From an uncultured Desulfosarcina sp. (lineage in GTDB: Bacteria > Desulfobacterota > Desulfobacteria > Desulfobacterales > Desulfosarcinaceae): a DNA stretch of 64,000 nucleotides. Positions within the stretch are counted from its first letter, which is position 1; each line of letters starts with the position of its first letter. The stretch spans positions 256,001-320,000 of the forward strand of contig CAXXWQ010000001.1 of NCBI GenBank assembly GCA_963674945.2, read 5' to 3'. Position numbers and translations under genes: made by a program. The notes beneath the pieces were generated by a model. That model was not told the origin of the DNA and did not search any database. It saw nothing but the letters and a program-made list of their open reading frames with translations. Shown in pieces: positions 1 to 10,601 of the stretch.

Positions 1-2012
1 CGTTCGATGGTTGCAATATCGGTCTTTAGTTCACCGCGGTATCCGGAAAGCAGTTTGTGGCCTTTGATGCTGCGTACCATATTTCGTGCATCGTTTCGGG
101 TCAGTGGCGCCATGCGGAAGGCGACGTCCTGAAACACCTCTACGAAGATTCCCCCGATGCCGAACATGATCAGGGGACCGAAAATAGGGTAGCGGGTCAT
201 TCCCAGGATCACTTCGTGGCCTTTGGGCGCCATTTTCTGAATCAGCACACCGGTAATTTGTGCATCGGGGGCGAAGGTTTTGGCGTTATTCACGATTGTT
301 TCATAGGCCCGAATCACCGCGTCTCGATCCCCGGGGCCGACGATGACGCCACCGGCATCGGATTTGTGGATGATTTGCGGTGATACGATTTTCATGACAA
401 CGGGATATCCCATGTCATCGGCGATGTTCCCCGCCTCCTCGGCATCGGTGGCCAGGACCGTGGGCAAGACATTGAATCCATAACATTTGAGAAGGTCGGT
501 GCCGCCCATCTCGCCGATGTGTTGTTTCCCCTCTTCCTTGGCTTCGGCAATGATTTTGGCGGCCTGCTCCTTGTCGTGTTTGAAGGAGAAAGGGGCAAGC
601 TGCTGGCGGTTGAGCCAGCGGGCGTATCGGTAAAGTGCACCGAAGGCCTTGGCCGCACTTTCCGGGAAGCGATACACGGGTATACCATTTTCCTGAAGGT
701 GCTTGACACCTGCGCTGACATCGATGATGCCCATGAAACAGCAAAGAATCGGTTTGTGGGAGCGGCGGGCGATACGTACGATGGCTTCGGCCGTTCCGAT
801 GGCATTGGTCATGCTCTGGGGGGTGAGGATCACCAGTGCGCCATCCACCCCCTCGTCCCGAATGACGGTGGTCAATGCGTTTTCGTAGCGATCCTGGGCC
901 GCGTCACCGATGACGTCCACGGGATTGTTTACATTGGCCGTCAAAGGCAAATGGCTCCGTAGGACTTCGACGGTCTCTTCTTCGAACTTGGCCAGGGTCA
1001 ATCCGGAGGTAACGGTCATGTCCGTTGCCACGATTCCGGGGCCGCCGGCGTTGGTAACGATGGCGACGCGGTTGCCCAAGGGAACTTTGCGACGCATTTT
1101 GCCCAAGGCGCTTTCGTTTTTATAGGCGAAGGCGATTCCGAAATCGAACAGTTCGTTGATGGAATCCACCCGGATAATGCCGCTTTGCGTGAAGATGGCA
1201 TCGTAGACCGCCTCGCTGCCCGCAAGGGAGCCCGTATGGGAGGCGGCGGCCTGGGCCCCTGCGCTGGTGCGACCCGATTTGATGGCCAAAACCGGCGTCG
1301 GCCGATCGCCGCCGGTGATCTTCTTGACCGCCTCGATGAATTCGTGACCCCGCTGCAGCTCTTCGATGTAGAGCATGATCACTTCGGTTTCCGGATCTGC
1401 ATGGAAATAGCGAAGCAGGTCCAGTTCATCCACGTCGGCCTTGTTTCCGATGGAGACGAACTTGGAAAATCCAAAATCCTTGTCCGCGGCAAAATCCAAC
1501 ACCGCCGTACAGAGGGCGCCGCTCTGGGAGATGAAGGAGATGTTGCCGGGTGCCGGCATTCGGTTGGAGAAACTGGCGTTGAGGCGAACGCCTGCAAGCG
1601 GGTTGATCACACCGAGGCAGTTGGGACCCACCACACGCACACCGGCCTCGCGACACATGGCGACGATGCGATTTTCGATTTCCAGTCCTTGACCACCCAC
1701 CTCCTTGAATCCGGCGGAGACGATGACCACGGCCTTGACACCTTTTTCGATGGCATGTCCGATGGCGGTCTCGGCATGAATCGGCGGCAAGATGATGATG
1801 GCCAGATCGATGGGGTCCGGGATATCGAGAATGTCCACATATGCACGAACACTGGCAATGGATTTGGTTCTGGGGTTGACCGGATAAAGGGTGCCTGTGA
1901 AGCCGCCTTTGAGGATATTCACGAAAATGTCGTGGCCCACTTTTCCCGGTGTTCCGGAGGCGCCGACAACGGCCACCGATGTGGGGTTGAACAATGCATC
2001 GAGACCTTCCAT
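1..2012 (-). CDS. Acetate--CoA ligase (ADP-forming) family acyl-CoA synthetase; 3' end runs off the window
   Basis: Not in the ORF track because it has no stop in the window. Manual translation from ATG at 2012 gives MEGLDALFNPTSVAVVGASGTPGKVGHDIFVNIL...YPVNP...VVIVSAGFKEVG...VVGPNCLG, a CoA-binding domain, followed by ASHTGSLAG (phospho-His motif). Confidence 0.88.
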   Translation of the reverse strand, partial: MEGLDALFNPTSVAVVGASGTPGKVGHDIFVNILKGGFTGTLYPVNPRTKSIASVRAYVDILDIPDPIDLAIIILPPIHAETAIGHAIEKGVKAVVIVSAGFKEVGGQGLEIENRIVAMCREAGVRVVGPNCLGVINPLAGVRLNASFSNRMPAPGNISFISQSGALCTAVLDFAADKDFGFSKFVSIGNKADVDELDLLRYFHADPETEVIMLYIEELQRGHEFIEAVKKITGGDRPTPVLAIKSGRTSAGAQAAASHTGSLAGSEAVYDAIFTQSGIIRVDSINELFDFGIAFAYKNESALGKMRRKVPLGNRVAIVTNAGGPGIVATDMTVTSGLTLAKFEEETVEVLRSHLPLTANVNNPVDVIGDAAQDRYENALTTVIRDEGVDGALVILTPQSMTNAIGTAEAIVRIARRSHKPILCCFMGIIDVSAGVKHLQENGIPVYRFPESAAKAFGALYRYARWLNRQQLAPFSFKHDKEQAAKIIAEAKEEGKQHIGEMGGTDLLKCYGFNVLPTVLATDAEEAGNIADDMGYPVVMKIVSPQIIHKSDAGGVIVGPGDRDAVIRAYETIVNNAKTFAPDAQITGVLIQKMAPKGHEVILGMTRYPIFGPLIMFGIGGIFVEVFQDVAFRMAPLTRNDARNMVRSIKGHKLLSGYRGELKTDIATIE

Positions 2013-2361
2013 AAAGAATTCCCTGTTGTTTTTTGGTTATGGTGGTTGGGTCGCTTTCGTAAGAGGCAAGGGGAAAAACCAAATTGGTTCGACCATAACG
2101 TGACCATGCCACACAAAATCAAAGCCATCAAGTACAAGCGAAGAAAAAGCTTTTCTATGCCAAATATGGCAAAACAGGATTACAAAAAAAATTCATTCTT
2201 CCATAATTTTGCCGATGGATGAAATGTGAAACGCTTTTTATAATGGGCCTCTTTTCATTTGTATTGTGGGAACTGATGTTACGGGGTGACATCAAAATCT
2301 GGGGAGACGACCTTCGAGGAAACAGATCGCCAATTCAAGAAAAATAGTATTGCAGAGATGG

Positions 2362-2394
2362 CCAGAGGGCCCGCTTTCCCGGCGGGCCCTCTGG
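2362..2394. terminator. GC-rich stem-loop just downstream of the fumarase gene (terminator or mRNA-stabilising hairpin)
   Basis: CCAGAGGGCCCGC-tttcccg-GCGGGCCCTCTGG, a perfect 13-bp stem. There is no immediate U-run on the minus strand. Confidence 0.55.
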
Positions 2395-2408
2395 AAAACG
2401 AAGGGCAT

Positions 2409-4016
2409 TTACAAAAGGTTCGCGAAGAAATCGTTACCCTTGTCGTCCACCAGAATAAAGGCCGGAAAATCCTTGACCGTGATCATATAGATGGCCTCCA
2501 TGCCCAATTCGGGGTATTCGAGTACCTCTACCGAAGTGATGCACTCTTTTCCCAGTCGCGCTGCAGGGCCACCGATGGATCCGAGGTAGAAGCCTCCGTA
2601 CTTTTTGCATGCATCCGTCACCTGTTGGCTGCGATTGCCTTTGGCCAGCATGACCATGGACGCACCTTCTGCCTGGAAAACCGGTACATAGGTGTCCATA
2701 CGACCCGCTGTGGTGGGGCCGAAGGAACCGGACGCATACCCCTCGGGGGTCTTTGCCGGCCCTGCGTAATAGATAATGTGGTCCTTCAGGTACTGGGGTA
2801 ATCCTTGGCCGCTGTCCAGCCGCTCTTTGAGCTTGGCATGGGCGATGTCCCGGCCCACGATGATTTTTCCGGACAGCTTCAGGCGGGTGGCCACCGGATA
2901 CTTGGTCAATATGGCCCGAATATCGTCCATGGGTTGGTTGAGATCGATGGCTATTGCCTCCTCTTCGCCCCCTGCCGGTGCCGGGAGAAAACGGGCCGGG
3001 TCGGTCTCCAATTTTTCCAAAAAGATCCCTTTTGCCGTTATCTTGGCCCTGATGTTGCGGTCGGCGCTGCAACTGACCCCCATGCCGATGGGGCAGGAAG
3101 CCCCGTGTCGGGGCAGGCGTACGACGCGAACATCATGACAGAAATACTTGCCACCGAATTGGGCACCGAGACCCAGTTCCCCGGAGCGTTTTAAAAGCTC
3201 TTCCTCCAGGTCAAGATCCCGGAACCCATGGCCGGTATCGCTGCCCGAAGTGGGAAGGTGGTCCAGGTAGCCGGCCGACGCCAGTTTCACGGTTTTCAGG
3301 TTGTACTCGGCAGACGTTCCCCCGATGACGAAGGCCAGGTGGTAGGGTGGACAGGCGGCGGTACCCAGCGTTTTCATTTTGGCCGTCAGGAAATCCACGA
3401 AGGTATCCGGATTGAGGACGGCCTTGGTCTCCTGAAACAGATAGGTTTTATTGGCCGATCCCCCTCCCTTTGCGATGAACAGGAACTTGTAGGCATCTCC
3501 TTCGGTGGCGTAGATTTCCACCTGGGCGGGCAGGTTGCATCCGGTGTTTTTCTCTTCGTACATGGTAAGGGGCGCGTTTTGGGAATACCGAAGATTACAT
3601 TTTGTGTACGCGTTGAAGACTCCTTTGGAGAGCGCTTTTTCATCGCAGGCACCGGTCCACACCTGTTGCCCTTTTTTCCCCATCACGATGGCGGTGCCGG
3701 TATCCTGGCACATGGGAAACTCCATTTCCGCAGAAATCACCGCGTTTTTTATCATTTCGAGTGCCACATACCGATCGTTTTCCGAACTTTCCGGGTCATT
3801 GAGGATCTTTTCCAGTTGCGCCATGTGCTTCGACCGATAAAGGTGAGACACATCTTTGAACGCTGCTTCCGCCAGAAGCGCCAATCCCTCGGGTGCGATC
3901 TTTAAAACGGGTTGCCCCTCGAATTCGGCCGTGGAGACGTAATCGGTGGTGAGCAATCGGTACTCGGTATCGTCCTCGCCCAGGGGCAGCAGTTCTTCAT
4001 ACGAAAAATCGACCAT
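2409..4016 (-). CDS. fumA: Class I (Fe-S) fumarate hydratase
   Basis: Motifs [30 protein letters not shown] and GPTTAGRMD. Start moved to MVDFSYE, which has an AGGAG RBS. Confidence 0.95.
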   Translation of the reverse strand: MVDFSYEELLPLGEDDTEYRLLTTDYVSTAEFEGQPVLKIAPEGLALLAEAAFKDVSHLYRSKHMAQLEKILNDPESSENDRYVALEMIKNAVISAEMEFPMCQDTGTAIVMGKKGQQVWTGACDEKALSKGVFNAYTKCNLRYSQNAPLTMYEEKNTGCNLPAQVEIYATEGDAYKFLFIAKGGGSANKTYLFQETKAVLNPDTFVDFLTAKMKTLGTAACPPYHLAFVIGGTSAEYNLKTVKLASAGYLDHLPTSGSDTGHGFRDLDLEEELLKRSGELGLGAQFGGKYFCHDVRVVRLPRHGASCPIGMGVSCSADRNIRAKITAKGIFLEKLETDPARFLPAPAGGEEEAIAIDLNQPMDDIRAILTKYPVATRLKLSGKIIVGRDIAHAKLKERLDSGQGLPQYLKDHIIYYAGPAKTPEGYASGSFGPTTAGRMDTYVPVFQAEGASMVMLAKGNRSQQVTDACKKYGGFYLGSIGGPAARLGKECITSVEVLEYPELGMEAIYMITVKDFPAFILVDDKGNDFFANLL

Positions 4017-4289
4017 TGCATCTCTCCTTTTCCGTTGGTTATTTCGGATCCTTTTTATTATGCGTATTGCCAAGCGGTTTCCATACCGACTCGGTTTACA
4101 TTCATCCTGTATTGTCAAACCTTGCTTGCCCTTTGCATGGGATCTGTGCAGAGCATCGAAAATGCGCGAAGAGAGTCAATTTAGTGGGTATACCTCGAAG
4201 TTGTCAAGGCGTTTTGTTCAATATCCCGTTTCGAAGATGAATAACCGATGGATTCTGCGACCGCGGGATTATCGGATGGGAAACCAGCC

Positions 4290-5180
4290 TCAGCCGGCTA
4301 GCATTCGGGACAGGTGGTTATCCTTTTCGTACCACAGTCGGTTGAGCCAATTTTGAAATTCCCTTTTGAACTGCGGATCGTGAAGGTAGTCTCCCAACAG
4401 TTCATGGTCAATGGGCAGTGTCTTTACGTGAACCCTCACTTCTCTCAACCGTCCGCAGACAAAATCCCAGAAACTGGCCACGCCATGAGGGTAAGCGATG
4501 GTTACATCTACGATGTGCTGCATTTTATCACCCATGGCCGCAAGGACGAAAGCCAAACCGCCTGCCTTGGTACGAAGCAGATGGGTATAGGGGGAACGCT
4601 GCCGGGCGTGCTTCTCCGGCGTAAATCGGGTGCCTTCCACAAAATTCATCACGGATACCGGAAGTTGTCTGAATTTTCTGCAGGCACGCCTGGTGATCTC
4701 CAGATCTTTACCGATCAGGTGGGGGTTCTTTTTGAGAAATTTCCGACTATAGCGTTGCATGAAGGGAAAATCCAGCGCCCACCATGCCTGCCCGAGGACG
4801 GGGAACCAGAACAGCTCTTTTTTCAGGAAAAATTTTAAGAATGGGATTTTCCGGTAGAAAACGTTTTGCAGGACCAGGATATCCACCCAACTCTGGTGGT
4901 TTGCGACCACCAGATACCAGCCTTTGGGATCGAGGTTCTCCACACCGTTGAGGTTCCATCGAATGCGGCTGAACAAGCGTTGGTTGACGTTATTGATGGC
5001 GATCCAGTAGTCGGCAATGGCGGTTAATGCTTTTCGACACCCTGTTTGTACAAATTTTACAGGGATCAAAATCTTGAACAATGCGATAACAAAGAGAGGA
5101 ATGCAGCATACGATTGTATTGACCGTATAGAAAAGGATGGAAAAAACACCGCGCGCTCCCTGTATGAATGATTGGAACAT
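4290..5180 (-). CDS. PlsC/YihG-family acyltransferase
   Basis: NHQSWVD (HX4D), FLKKEL, FVEGTRFT and TKAGG acyltransferase blocks, with an N-terminal TM segment. Confidence 0.9.
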   Translation of the reverse strand: MFQSFIQGARGVFSILFYTVNTIVCCIPLFVIALFKILIPVKFVQTGCRKALTAIADYWIAINNVNQRLFSRIRWNLNGVENLDPKGWYLVVANHQSWVDILVLQNVFYRKIPFLKFFLKKELFWFPVLGQAWWALDFPFMQRYSRKFLKKNPHLIGKDLEITRRACRKFRQLPVSVMNFVEGTRFTPEKHARQRSPYTHLLRTKAGGLAFVLAAMGDKMQHIVDVTIAYPHGVASFWDFVCGRLREVRVHVKTLPIDHELLGDYLHDPQFKREFQNWLNRLWYEKDNHLSRMLAG

Positions 5181-5581
5181 GAGAAGTCTTTCGTTTCCTG
5201 CAATCTGCCTGTAACACACGCAGATTGCACAATATAGTAGTTTTCACCTTTACCGGCTGACTATTTTACAAAAAAGTAAGGATAGATTCTTAGTGAAAAA
5301 AGCGGTTGGAATCAACAATGGTGGGCGTTGGTGACAAAAGTTTTACATTAGCGGAATCCGCATTCGAATAAAATTACTGATCAGACTGATCAGGGTGTAT
5401 CGATTCTAGGATTACAATTGCGATGTATGAAATTTTGTAATTGATCGTGGCCTGCATTCCCTTTTTCCACACAATCAAAGGCAAAAACGAACTTTTTCAC
5501 CATGCGTTCAAATCAATGGCGAAGTGGATACCTGCCTGAAAAAGATAGAAATCGATTTTTTCCCCGTGGCATCTTTTCCGC

Positions 5582-5597
5582 TGGCATTTTTTTTGCT
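5582..5597 (+). promoter_or_regulatory. Sigma54 (-24/-12) promoter upstream of the riboswitch and large surface protein
   Basis: TGGCATTTTTTTTGCT, with GG at 5583 and GC at 5595 (canonical 12-nt offset). Confidence 0.75.
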
Positions 5598-5627
5598 TTC
5601 TAACCTTGCGATTTATTCGCAGTAGGG

Positions 5628-5737
5628 CTCGAAAATGGCAAACCATTCGAAAGGATGGGACGCAAAGCCACTGGCCTAAATCTTCTAATCCGATTTCAAT
5701 TCAAAGGATAGAAGACATGGTAGCAGGGTTGCCGAAG
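5628..5737 (+). ncRNA. Cyclic di-GMP-I (GEMM) riboswitch
   Basis: GGCAAACCATTCGAAAGGATGGGACGCAAAGCCACTGGCCTAAA...ATGGTAGCAGGGTTGCCGAA matches the Vc2-type architecture: P2 with GAAA tetraloop, GCAAAGCC, P3 with CCTAAA receptor, and GGGTT(A/G)CCG. Confidence 0.93.
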
Positions 5738-5802
5738 GCAAAAGGCTGTATCCTCCGTGGATCTACCGTTTGTCAACCGGCTCCATAACGGAGGAATACA
5801 AA

Positions 5803-8800
5803 ATGTTACTTAGATCCATCACCCGGCTCATTGCCCGTACCCTTGGGGTATTGGTTTTGGGCCTTCTTTTCTTCACGCAACCCCTTGTCCATGCCGAACG
5901 GGTAACACTTGCCTGGGATCCTACCGATCCTGCACCGGACGGATATCGACTCTATCAACGGGTTGAAGGAGAGACGTATGATTACAGCCAAGCTGCTTGG
6001 AGCGGAACCGACGCTTCGGGAATGATCGATGGTTTGGCGAGTGGTACCAACTACTATTTCGTTGTCCGTGCATATGTGGGAGACGTCGAGAGTGCCGATT
6101 CCAACGAGGTGCTTTTCAATGCGCCCTCAACCGTTTTACCTACGTATACCATCGTCTCGGCGGCGGGAAACAACGGCGGGATTTCTCCGGAAGGATCCGT
6201 TGCCGTCGATGAGGGGGCAACCCAAAGTTATCAGATCACACCGGATACCGGATACCATGTTGAAAATGTCGTGGTTGACGGCGTTTCCATGGGAGCCCTG
6301 TCTGCCTATGAATTCAGTAATATCGATGCAGACCATACCATCACTGCCAGTTTTGCGGTGGATACCTATACGATTTCTGCAGTGGCGGGCGACAATGGCA
6401 GTATTTCACCTTCCGGTATTATCAGTGTCAATCATGGCGGCGGCCAGACATTTGCCTTTGCGCCAGATACCGGTTACCACGTTTCTGATGTAACGATAGA
6501 CGGACTGTCCAAAGGCCCTCTGACTTCGTACACGTTCACCCAGGTGACGGCCAATCGATCCATCGAAGTCACCTTTTCCACGGATACGTACACCATTCCA
6601 GACACGACCCAGGCGACGCTGGCCTGGGACCCCACCGATCCCGCCCCGGATGGCTATCGACTCTACCAGCGGCAGGAAGGGCAGGAATACGATTACACCC
6701 AGCCGTGTTGGTCGGGTACCGAAACCACCGCAACCATCTACAATCTGGAGTGGGACACCACTTACCACTTTGTCGTTCGCGCCTTCGTAGGCGATGTGGA
6801 GAGTGCGGATTCCAACGAAGTCGTTTTTTCAGCAACATCGCCGACGCCCGCAACCCACACGATCTCGGTTACGGCCGGCAGCAACGGCACGGTCTCTCCG
6901 GATGGCATCGTTTCGGTGGAGAGCGGTGCGGATCAGACTTTCACCATTTCAGCCGATACCGGCTGCCATGTGGCGGAGGTGTCGGTCGATGGGGTTTCCG
7001 TCGGTGCCGTATCTTCCTATACATTTTCACAGGTCGCCGCCAATCATTCCCTCGATGTCAGCTTCGCGGTAAATACGTATACGATAGCGGCAACATCCGG
7101 TGCGAACGGCTCGATCTCACCGAGCGGCACGACAACCGTGAATCATGACGGGAATGTAACATACACGATTACGGCGGACACGGGGTATTTTGTAGCAGAT
7201 GTGCTGGTTGATGGTGTCTCCTATGGTGCTCTGTCCACCTATACCTTCAACCAGGTTGCACGCAACCACACCATCAGTGCGACATTTGCGGCCAGCACCT
7301 ATGACATTACCGCCAGTGCTGGCAGCAACGGCTCGATCTCACCGAGCGGCACGACAACCGTAAACCATGGTGAGAATTTGTCATACACGATAACGGCGGA
7401 CGCGGGATATTCGGTGGCAGACGTCCTGGTGGACGGTGTGTCCGTGGGTGCCGTGTCGGGCTATACCTTCAGCCAGATATCGGGCGGCCACACGATTAGT
7501 GCTACCTTTGTGGTCAAGACCTATGACATCACCGCCACCGCCGGTATCAACGGTGCTATATCGCCTGCCGGAACCACAACCGTGGCCCATGGCGGCAGCC
7601 AATCCTACACAATAACGGCCAGCAGCGGTTATCTGGTGGCCGATGTGCAAGTGGATGGCGCATCCATAGGACCGGTCGCTTCCTATACCTTTGTCAGCGT
7701 CGTTGCACCACATGCCATTCATGCCACATTCGAAGCGAAAGTCCACACCATCGCAACGAACACCGATGACAACGGCGTCATGGAACCTTCCGGTAATGTG
7801 GTGGTTGCCAATGGTGAAGACCAGACCTTTATTTTCACGGCATCATCGGGATTCCATATCGAGGATATTCAGGTGGACGGTCAATCCATCGGTGGGGTTC
7901 AGGAATATACATTCACCAACGTAACCGAAGACCATTCCATATCCGTTACCTTCTCTGAAAATACCCTGGTCAACGTGTGGATCGAGGCGGAAGACGGTGA
8001 TCTTCAATGGCCCATGGAAATTGCCGATGACACCAGCGCCAGTGCCGGCGGGTATGTATGGGTGCCCCAGGGAACGGGAGTGATAAGCACTCCATCGGAA
8101 GACAACGGGTATGCCCAGTTCTACTTCGAGGTTCCCGAAAACGGCACATATGCCATCTGGGGAAGCGAGGTCTCCAACGACACGGCCAGTGACTCTTTCT
8201 TCGTGGCTGTGGACGACCAGCCTTATCTGACATGGCATACCAAGTTGGGCGGCGAGGAAACCTGGACCTGGGACGTGGTCAGCCAACGGGATGTTGAAAA
8301 TTTGCAGTATACCATTGCGCCGAAAACATATTGGTTGTCTGCGGGGTCACACACGCTGACCATCATGCAACGGGAAGATGGAACCAAGCTGGACCGGATC
8401 CTTGTCACCAATGATCTCACCATCACCGATCCGGAGCCGAAGAGTATCGCGGACAGCATGGAGTTCGGGGTTGCTCAGGTCGATCACACATGGAAACGGG
8501 TAAGTTTTGGAAAATCCTTCACCAAACCGGTGGTCGTCGCAGGACCCATCAGCCTGGTTGACAAAGATCCCGCAGTTGTTCGAATCCGGAATGTCGACGA
8601 GACAGGATTTGAGATCTGTGTCCAGGAGTGGGATTATTTGGACGGTGTCCACCAGACAGAGACGGTGAATTACCTGGTCATGGAAGAGGGGGTGTATGTC
8701 CTTGACGATGGAACGAGGATCGAGGCGGGTACCATTGCCGGGACGAACGCCTTTCAGACTGTCGCCTTTACCGATGCCTTTGCCGTTCCTCCCATCGTGA

Positions 8801-9228
8801 TAAGCTCGATCAGTACTGTCAATGATCCCGTCGCCGTGACAGGGCGTGTTAACGATATCACCATAAACGGATTCGACTACGCAATGCAGGAGCAGGAAGC
8901 CAACACCCAAGATCATCTCGATGAGACGGTTTCCTATATTGCGTGGGAACCTTCCGTCGGAAGTCTGGGGGGCATGAAGTATGTGGTTCAAAAAACGGTC
9001 GATGCGGTGACACACCGAATCTTTAGCATTCAGGCCGGTGACGAATTCGCAGCGGCACCCGTATTTTTGTCCGATATGCAGACGTTTGATGGACAAGAAA
9101 CGGCCAATGTTCGCTATTATTCCATGCGGACCTCCTCTTTTGATGTGCTGATCGACGAGGAGCAATCACGGGATAGAGAAACCAATCATCCCAAAGAAGT
9201 CGTCGGATATATTCTTTTTGGTGAGTGA
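5803..9228 (+). CDS. Large secreted multidomain protein, probable adhesin or matrix protein: 2 FnIII-like domains, 7 ~74-aa InlB-B/Listeria-Bacteroides-type repeats, a CBM-like domain and C-terminal lectin-like repeats
   Basis: GGAGGA RBS and a signal peptide ending VHA-E. Duplicated TLAWDPTDPAPDGYRLYQR...FVVRAxVGDVESADSNEV; repeats YTIxAxAGxNGSISPSG...GYxVADVxVDG; WIEAEDG...REDGTKLD; PVVV...GF.I.VQE repeats. Confidence 0.85.
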   Translation: MLLRSITRLIARTLGVLVLGLLFFTQPLVHAERVTLAWDPTDPAPDGYRLYQRVEGETYDYSQAAWSGTDASGMIDGLASGTNYYFVVRAYVGDVESADSNEVLFNAPSTVLPTYTIVSAAGNNGGISPEGSVAVDEGATQSYQITPDTGYHVENVVVDGVSMGALSAYEFSNIDADHTITASFAVDTYTISAVAGDNGSISPSGIISVNHGGGQTFAFAPDTGYHVSDVTIDGLSKGPLTSYTFTQVTANRSIEVTFSTDTYTIPDTTQATLAWDPTDPAPDGYRLYQRQEGQEYDYTQPCWSGTETTATIYNLEWDTTYHFVVRAFVGDVESADSNEVVFSATSPTPATHTISVTAGSNGTVSPDGIVSVESGADQTFTISADTGCHVAEVSVDGVSVGAVSSYTFSQVAANHSLDVSFAVNTYTIAATSGANGSISPSGTTTVNHDGNVTYTITADTGYFVADVLVDGVSYGALSTYTFNQVARNHTISATFAASTYDITASAGSNGSISPSGTTTVNHGENLSYTITADAGYSVADVLVDGVSVGAVSGYTFSQISGGHTISATFVVKTYDITATAGINGAISPAGTTTVAHGGSQSYTITASSGYLVADVQVDGASIGPVASYTFVSVVAPHAIHATFEAKVHTIATNTDDNGVMEPSGNVVVANGEDQTFIFTASSGFHIEDIQVDGQSIGGVQEYTFTNVTEDHSISVTFSENTLVNVWIEAEDGDLQWPMEIADDTSASAGGYVWVPQGTGVISTPSEDNGYAQFYFEVPENGTYAIWGSEVSNDTASDSFFVAVDDQPYLTWHTKLGGEETWTWDVVSQRDVENLQYTIAPKTYWLSAGSHTLTIMQREDGTKLDRILVTNDLTITDPEPKSIADSMEFGVAQVDHTWKRVSFGKSFTKPVVVAGPISLVDKDPAVVRIRNVDETGFEICVQEWDYLDGVHQTETVNYLVMEEGVYVLDDGTRIEAGTIAGTNAFQTVAFTDAFAVPPIVISSISTVNDPVAVTGRVNDITINGFDYAMQEQEANTQDHLDETVSYIAWEPSVGSLGGMKYVVQKTVDAVTHRIFSIQAGDEFAAAPVFLSDMQTFDGQETANVRYYSMRTSSFDVLIDEEQSRDRETNHPKEVVGYILFGE

Positions 9229-9562
9229 CAGCAATCGTTTGGTTTATGTTTGCATGGAAGGTATGAAAATCATGATATAAAAGTACAATAGGATTTATTC
9301 ACGGTAAATTTCCTGTGGACATGATATGCCGACACGTAATACGATACGTATCGGCATATTTTTTTCCGGCCTCTTTGTCAGCGTCCATCCTGAATTGGTC
9401 AATTTGCCCGACATCCGCGCTGCACGAGAAATCTTATCCTTGTAATGTGTATTATCGACAATATGCCGCCGCTAAGATTTTTCGTGTGCGTTTTTGTCCC
9501 GTCTGATCCCTATCAGGGGATAACGACCAAATTTTCCTGTTTCTGGATAGACCTGTTCATTT

Positions 9563-9579
9563 CCGGCATGATCCATGCG
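9563..9579 (+). promoter_or_regulatory. Possible sigma54 promoter of the LRR gene
   Basis: CCGGCATGATCCATGCG, GG at 9565 and GC at 9577, about 40 nt before the ATG. Imperfect match to consensus. Confidence 0.4.
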
Positions 9580-9618
9580 TTTTTGGACAAAGGCCGGCAT
9601 GATGAAAGGAACGACAGG

Positions 9619-10416
9619 ATGATTCGATTGCTGTGTTGTTTCCTTGTTTTATCCTTTTCAATCATCGCGGATACAGCCAATGCCGAGATTCCAGCCGTGG
9701 AAAGGGAAGCGTTGATCATATTTTACAACAGCACCGGTGGTGATGACTGGTCCGACAACAGTGGTTGGAAAGACGGTACGCTTGAATCAGATGGATTTGC
9801 CGCGATAGGAACAGAGTGCAACTGGCATGGCATTACTTGTGAGGAAGGTCATGTTGTTGGAATCGTTCTGATGAATAACCAGCTTGCCGGCGTTCCGGAA
9901 GGGCTGGAAAATCTATCCAATCTGAAAGATCTTTACCTCAGTGAAAATTCGTTGACCGGTATCCCGGCAGCGCTGGGAAATCTCGGGGCGCTGGAGTTAC
10001 TTTACCTGGACAACAATCAACTTAGTAACATCCCTTCAGCGTTGGGAAATTTGACGAGTCTCATATCACTGTCGCTCTACCAAAACCAGATCACCACTAT
10101 TCCGGCAGGGTTGGAAAATCTGGCGAACCTTATCTATCTTTACCTCGATAATAATATGCTGACGGAAATACCAAAAGAGTTTGGCAATCTCACTGGACTT
10201 CTCGTTCTTTATTTGAATGATAACAGGCTGGCACAACTTCCTGTCGAAATGACGAACATGGAAAATTTGGATTATTTGGATATCTGTGGCAACCGTATTC
10301 GAATACGCGATGATGCACTTCGTTCCTTTGTGGATGGCGTTCAACCCGAGTGGGAGAGCTGTCAGAAAAGGTCTCTGCCCTTTATCCCCCTCCTTTTGCT
10401 TGATGAAGATCAATAA
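9619..10416 (+). CDS. Secreted leucine-rich repeat protein
   Basis: Signal peptide, plant-type LRR N-cap (EREALIIFYNSTGGDDW...CNWHGITC), about 7 23-aa LxxLxLxxNxLxxIP repeats and a hydrophobic C-terminus SLPFIPLLLLD. Confidence 0.88.
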   Translation: MIRLLCCFLVLSFSIIADTANAEIPAVEREALIIFYNSTGGDDWSDNSGWKDGTLESDGFAAIGTECNWHGITCEEGHVVGIVLMNNQLAGVPEGLENLSNLKDLYLSENSLTGIPAALGNLGALELLYLDNNQLSNIPSALGNLTSLISLSLYQNQITTIPAGLENLANLIYLYLDNNMLTEIPKEFGNLTGLLVLYLNDNRLAQLPVEMTNMENLDYLDICGNRIRIRDDALRSFVDGVQPEWESCQKRSLPFIPLLLLDEDQ

Positions 10417-10566
10417 TAGGCAATAATTTCCATCGATTTTGTTACCGTATTGCCGTAAACAACCGCTTTCGGTCTCTTATCAATTCCGGGTGCCTGTCGA
10501 TTCTGAATAGCTACGTCCAAAAAAACAGTGTCCGCATCTCTCACAACAATTCCAGGCGCCATTGTG

Positions 10567-10601
10567 TTAACCAGTTAAGTTAGCAGTTGTTAATTGGTTA
10601 A
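10567..10601. promoter_or_regulatory. Inverted repeat, candidate enhancer (UAS) for the sigma54 promoter at 10725
   Basis: TTAACCAGTTAA-N11-TTAATTGGTTAA (11/12 complementary), about 125-160 bp upstream of the -24 box. Confidence 0.45.

Noticed and set aside
57..2222. Track ORFs in the first 2.2 kb (e.g. 1185..2222 +, 1426..2112 -)
   Set aside because: They are shadows of the minus-strand acyl-CoA ligase frame, which the track missed because it has no stop inside the window.
5628..5737. Riboswitch as a 3',3'-cGAMP-sensing (GEMM-Ib) variant, as in Geobacter
   Set aside because: The base equivalent to Vc2 G20 (5637, in TGGCAAACC) is G rather than A, which predicts c-di-GMP specificity.
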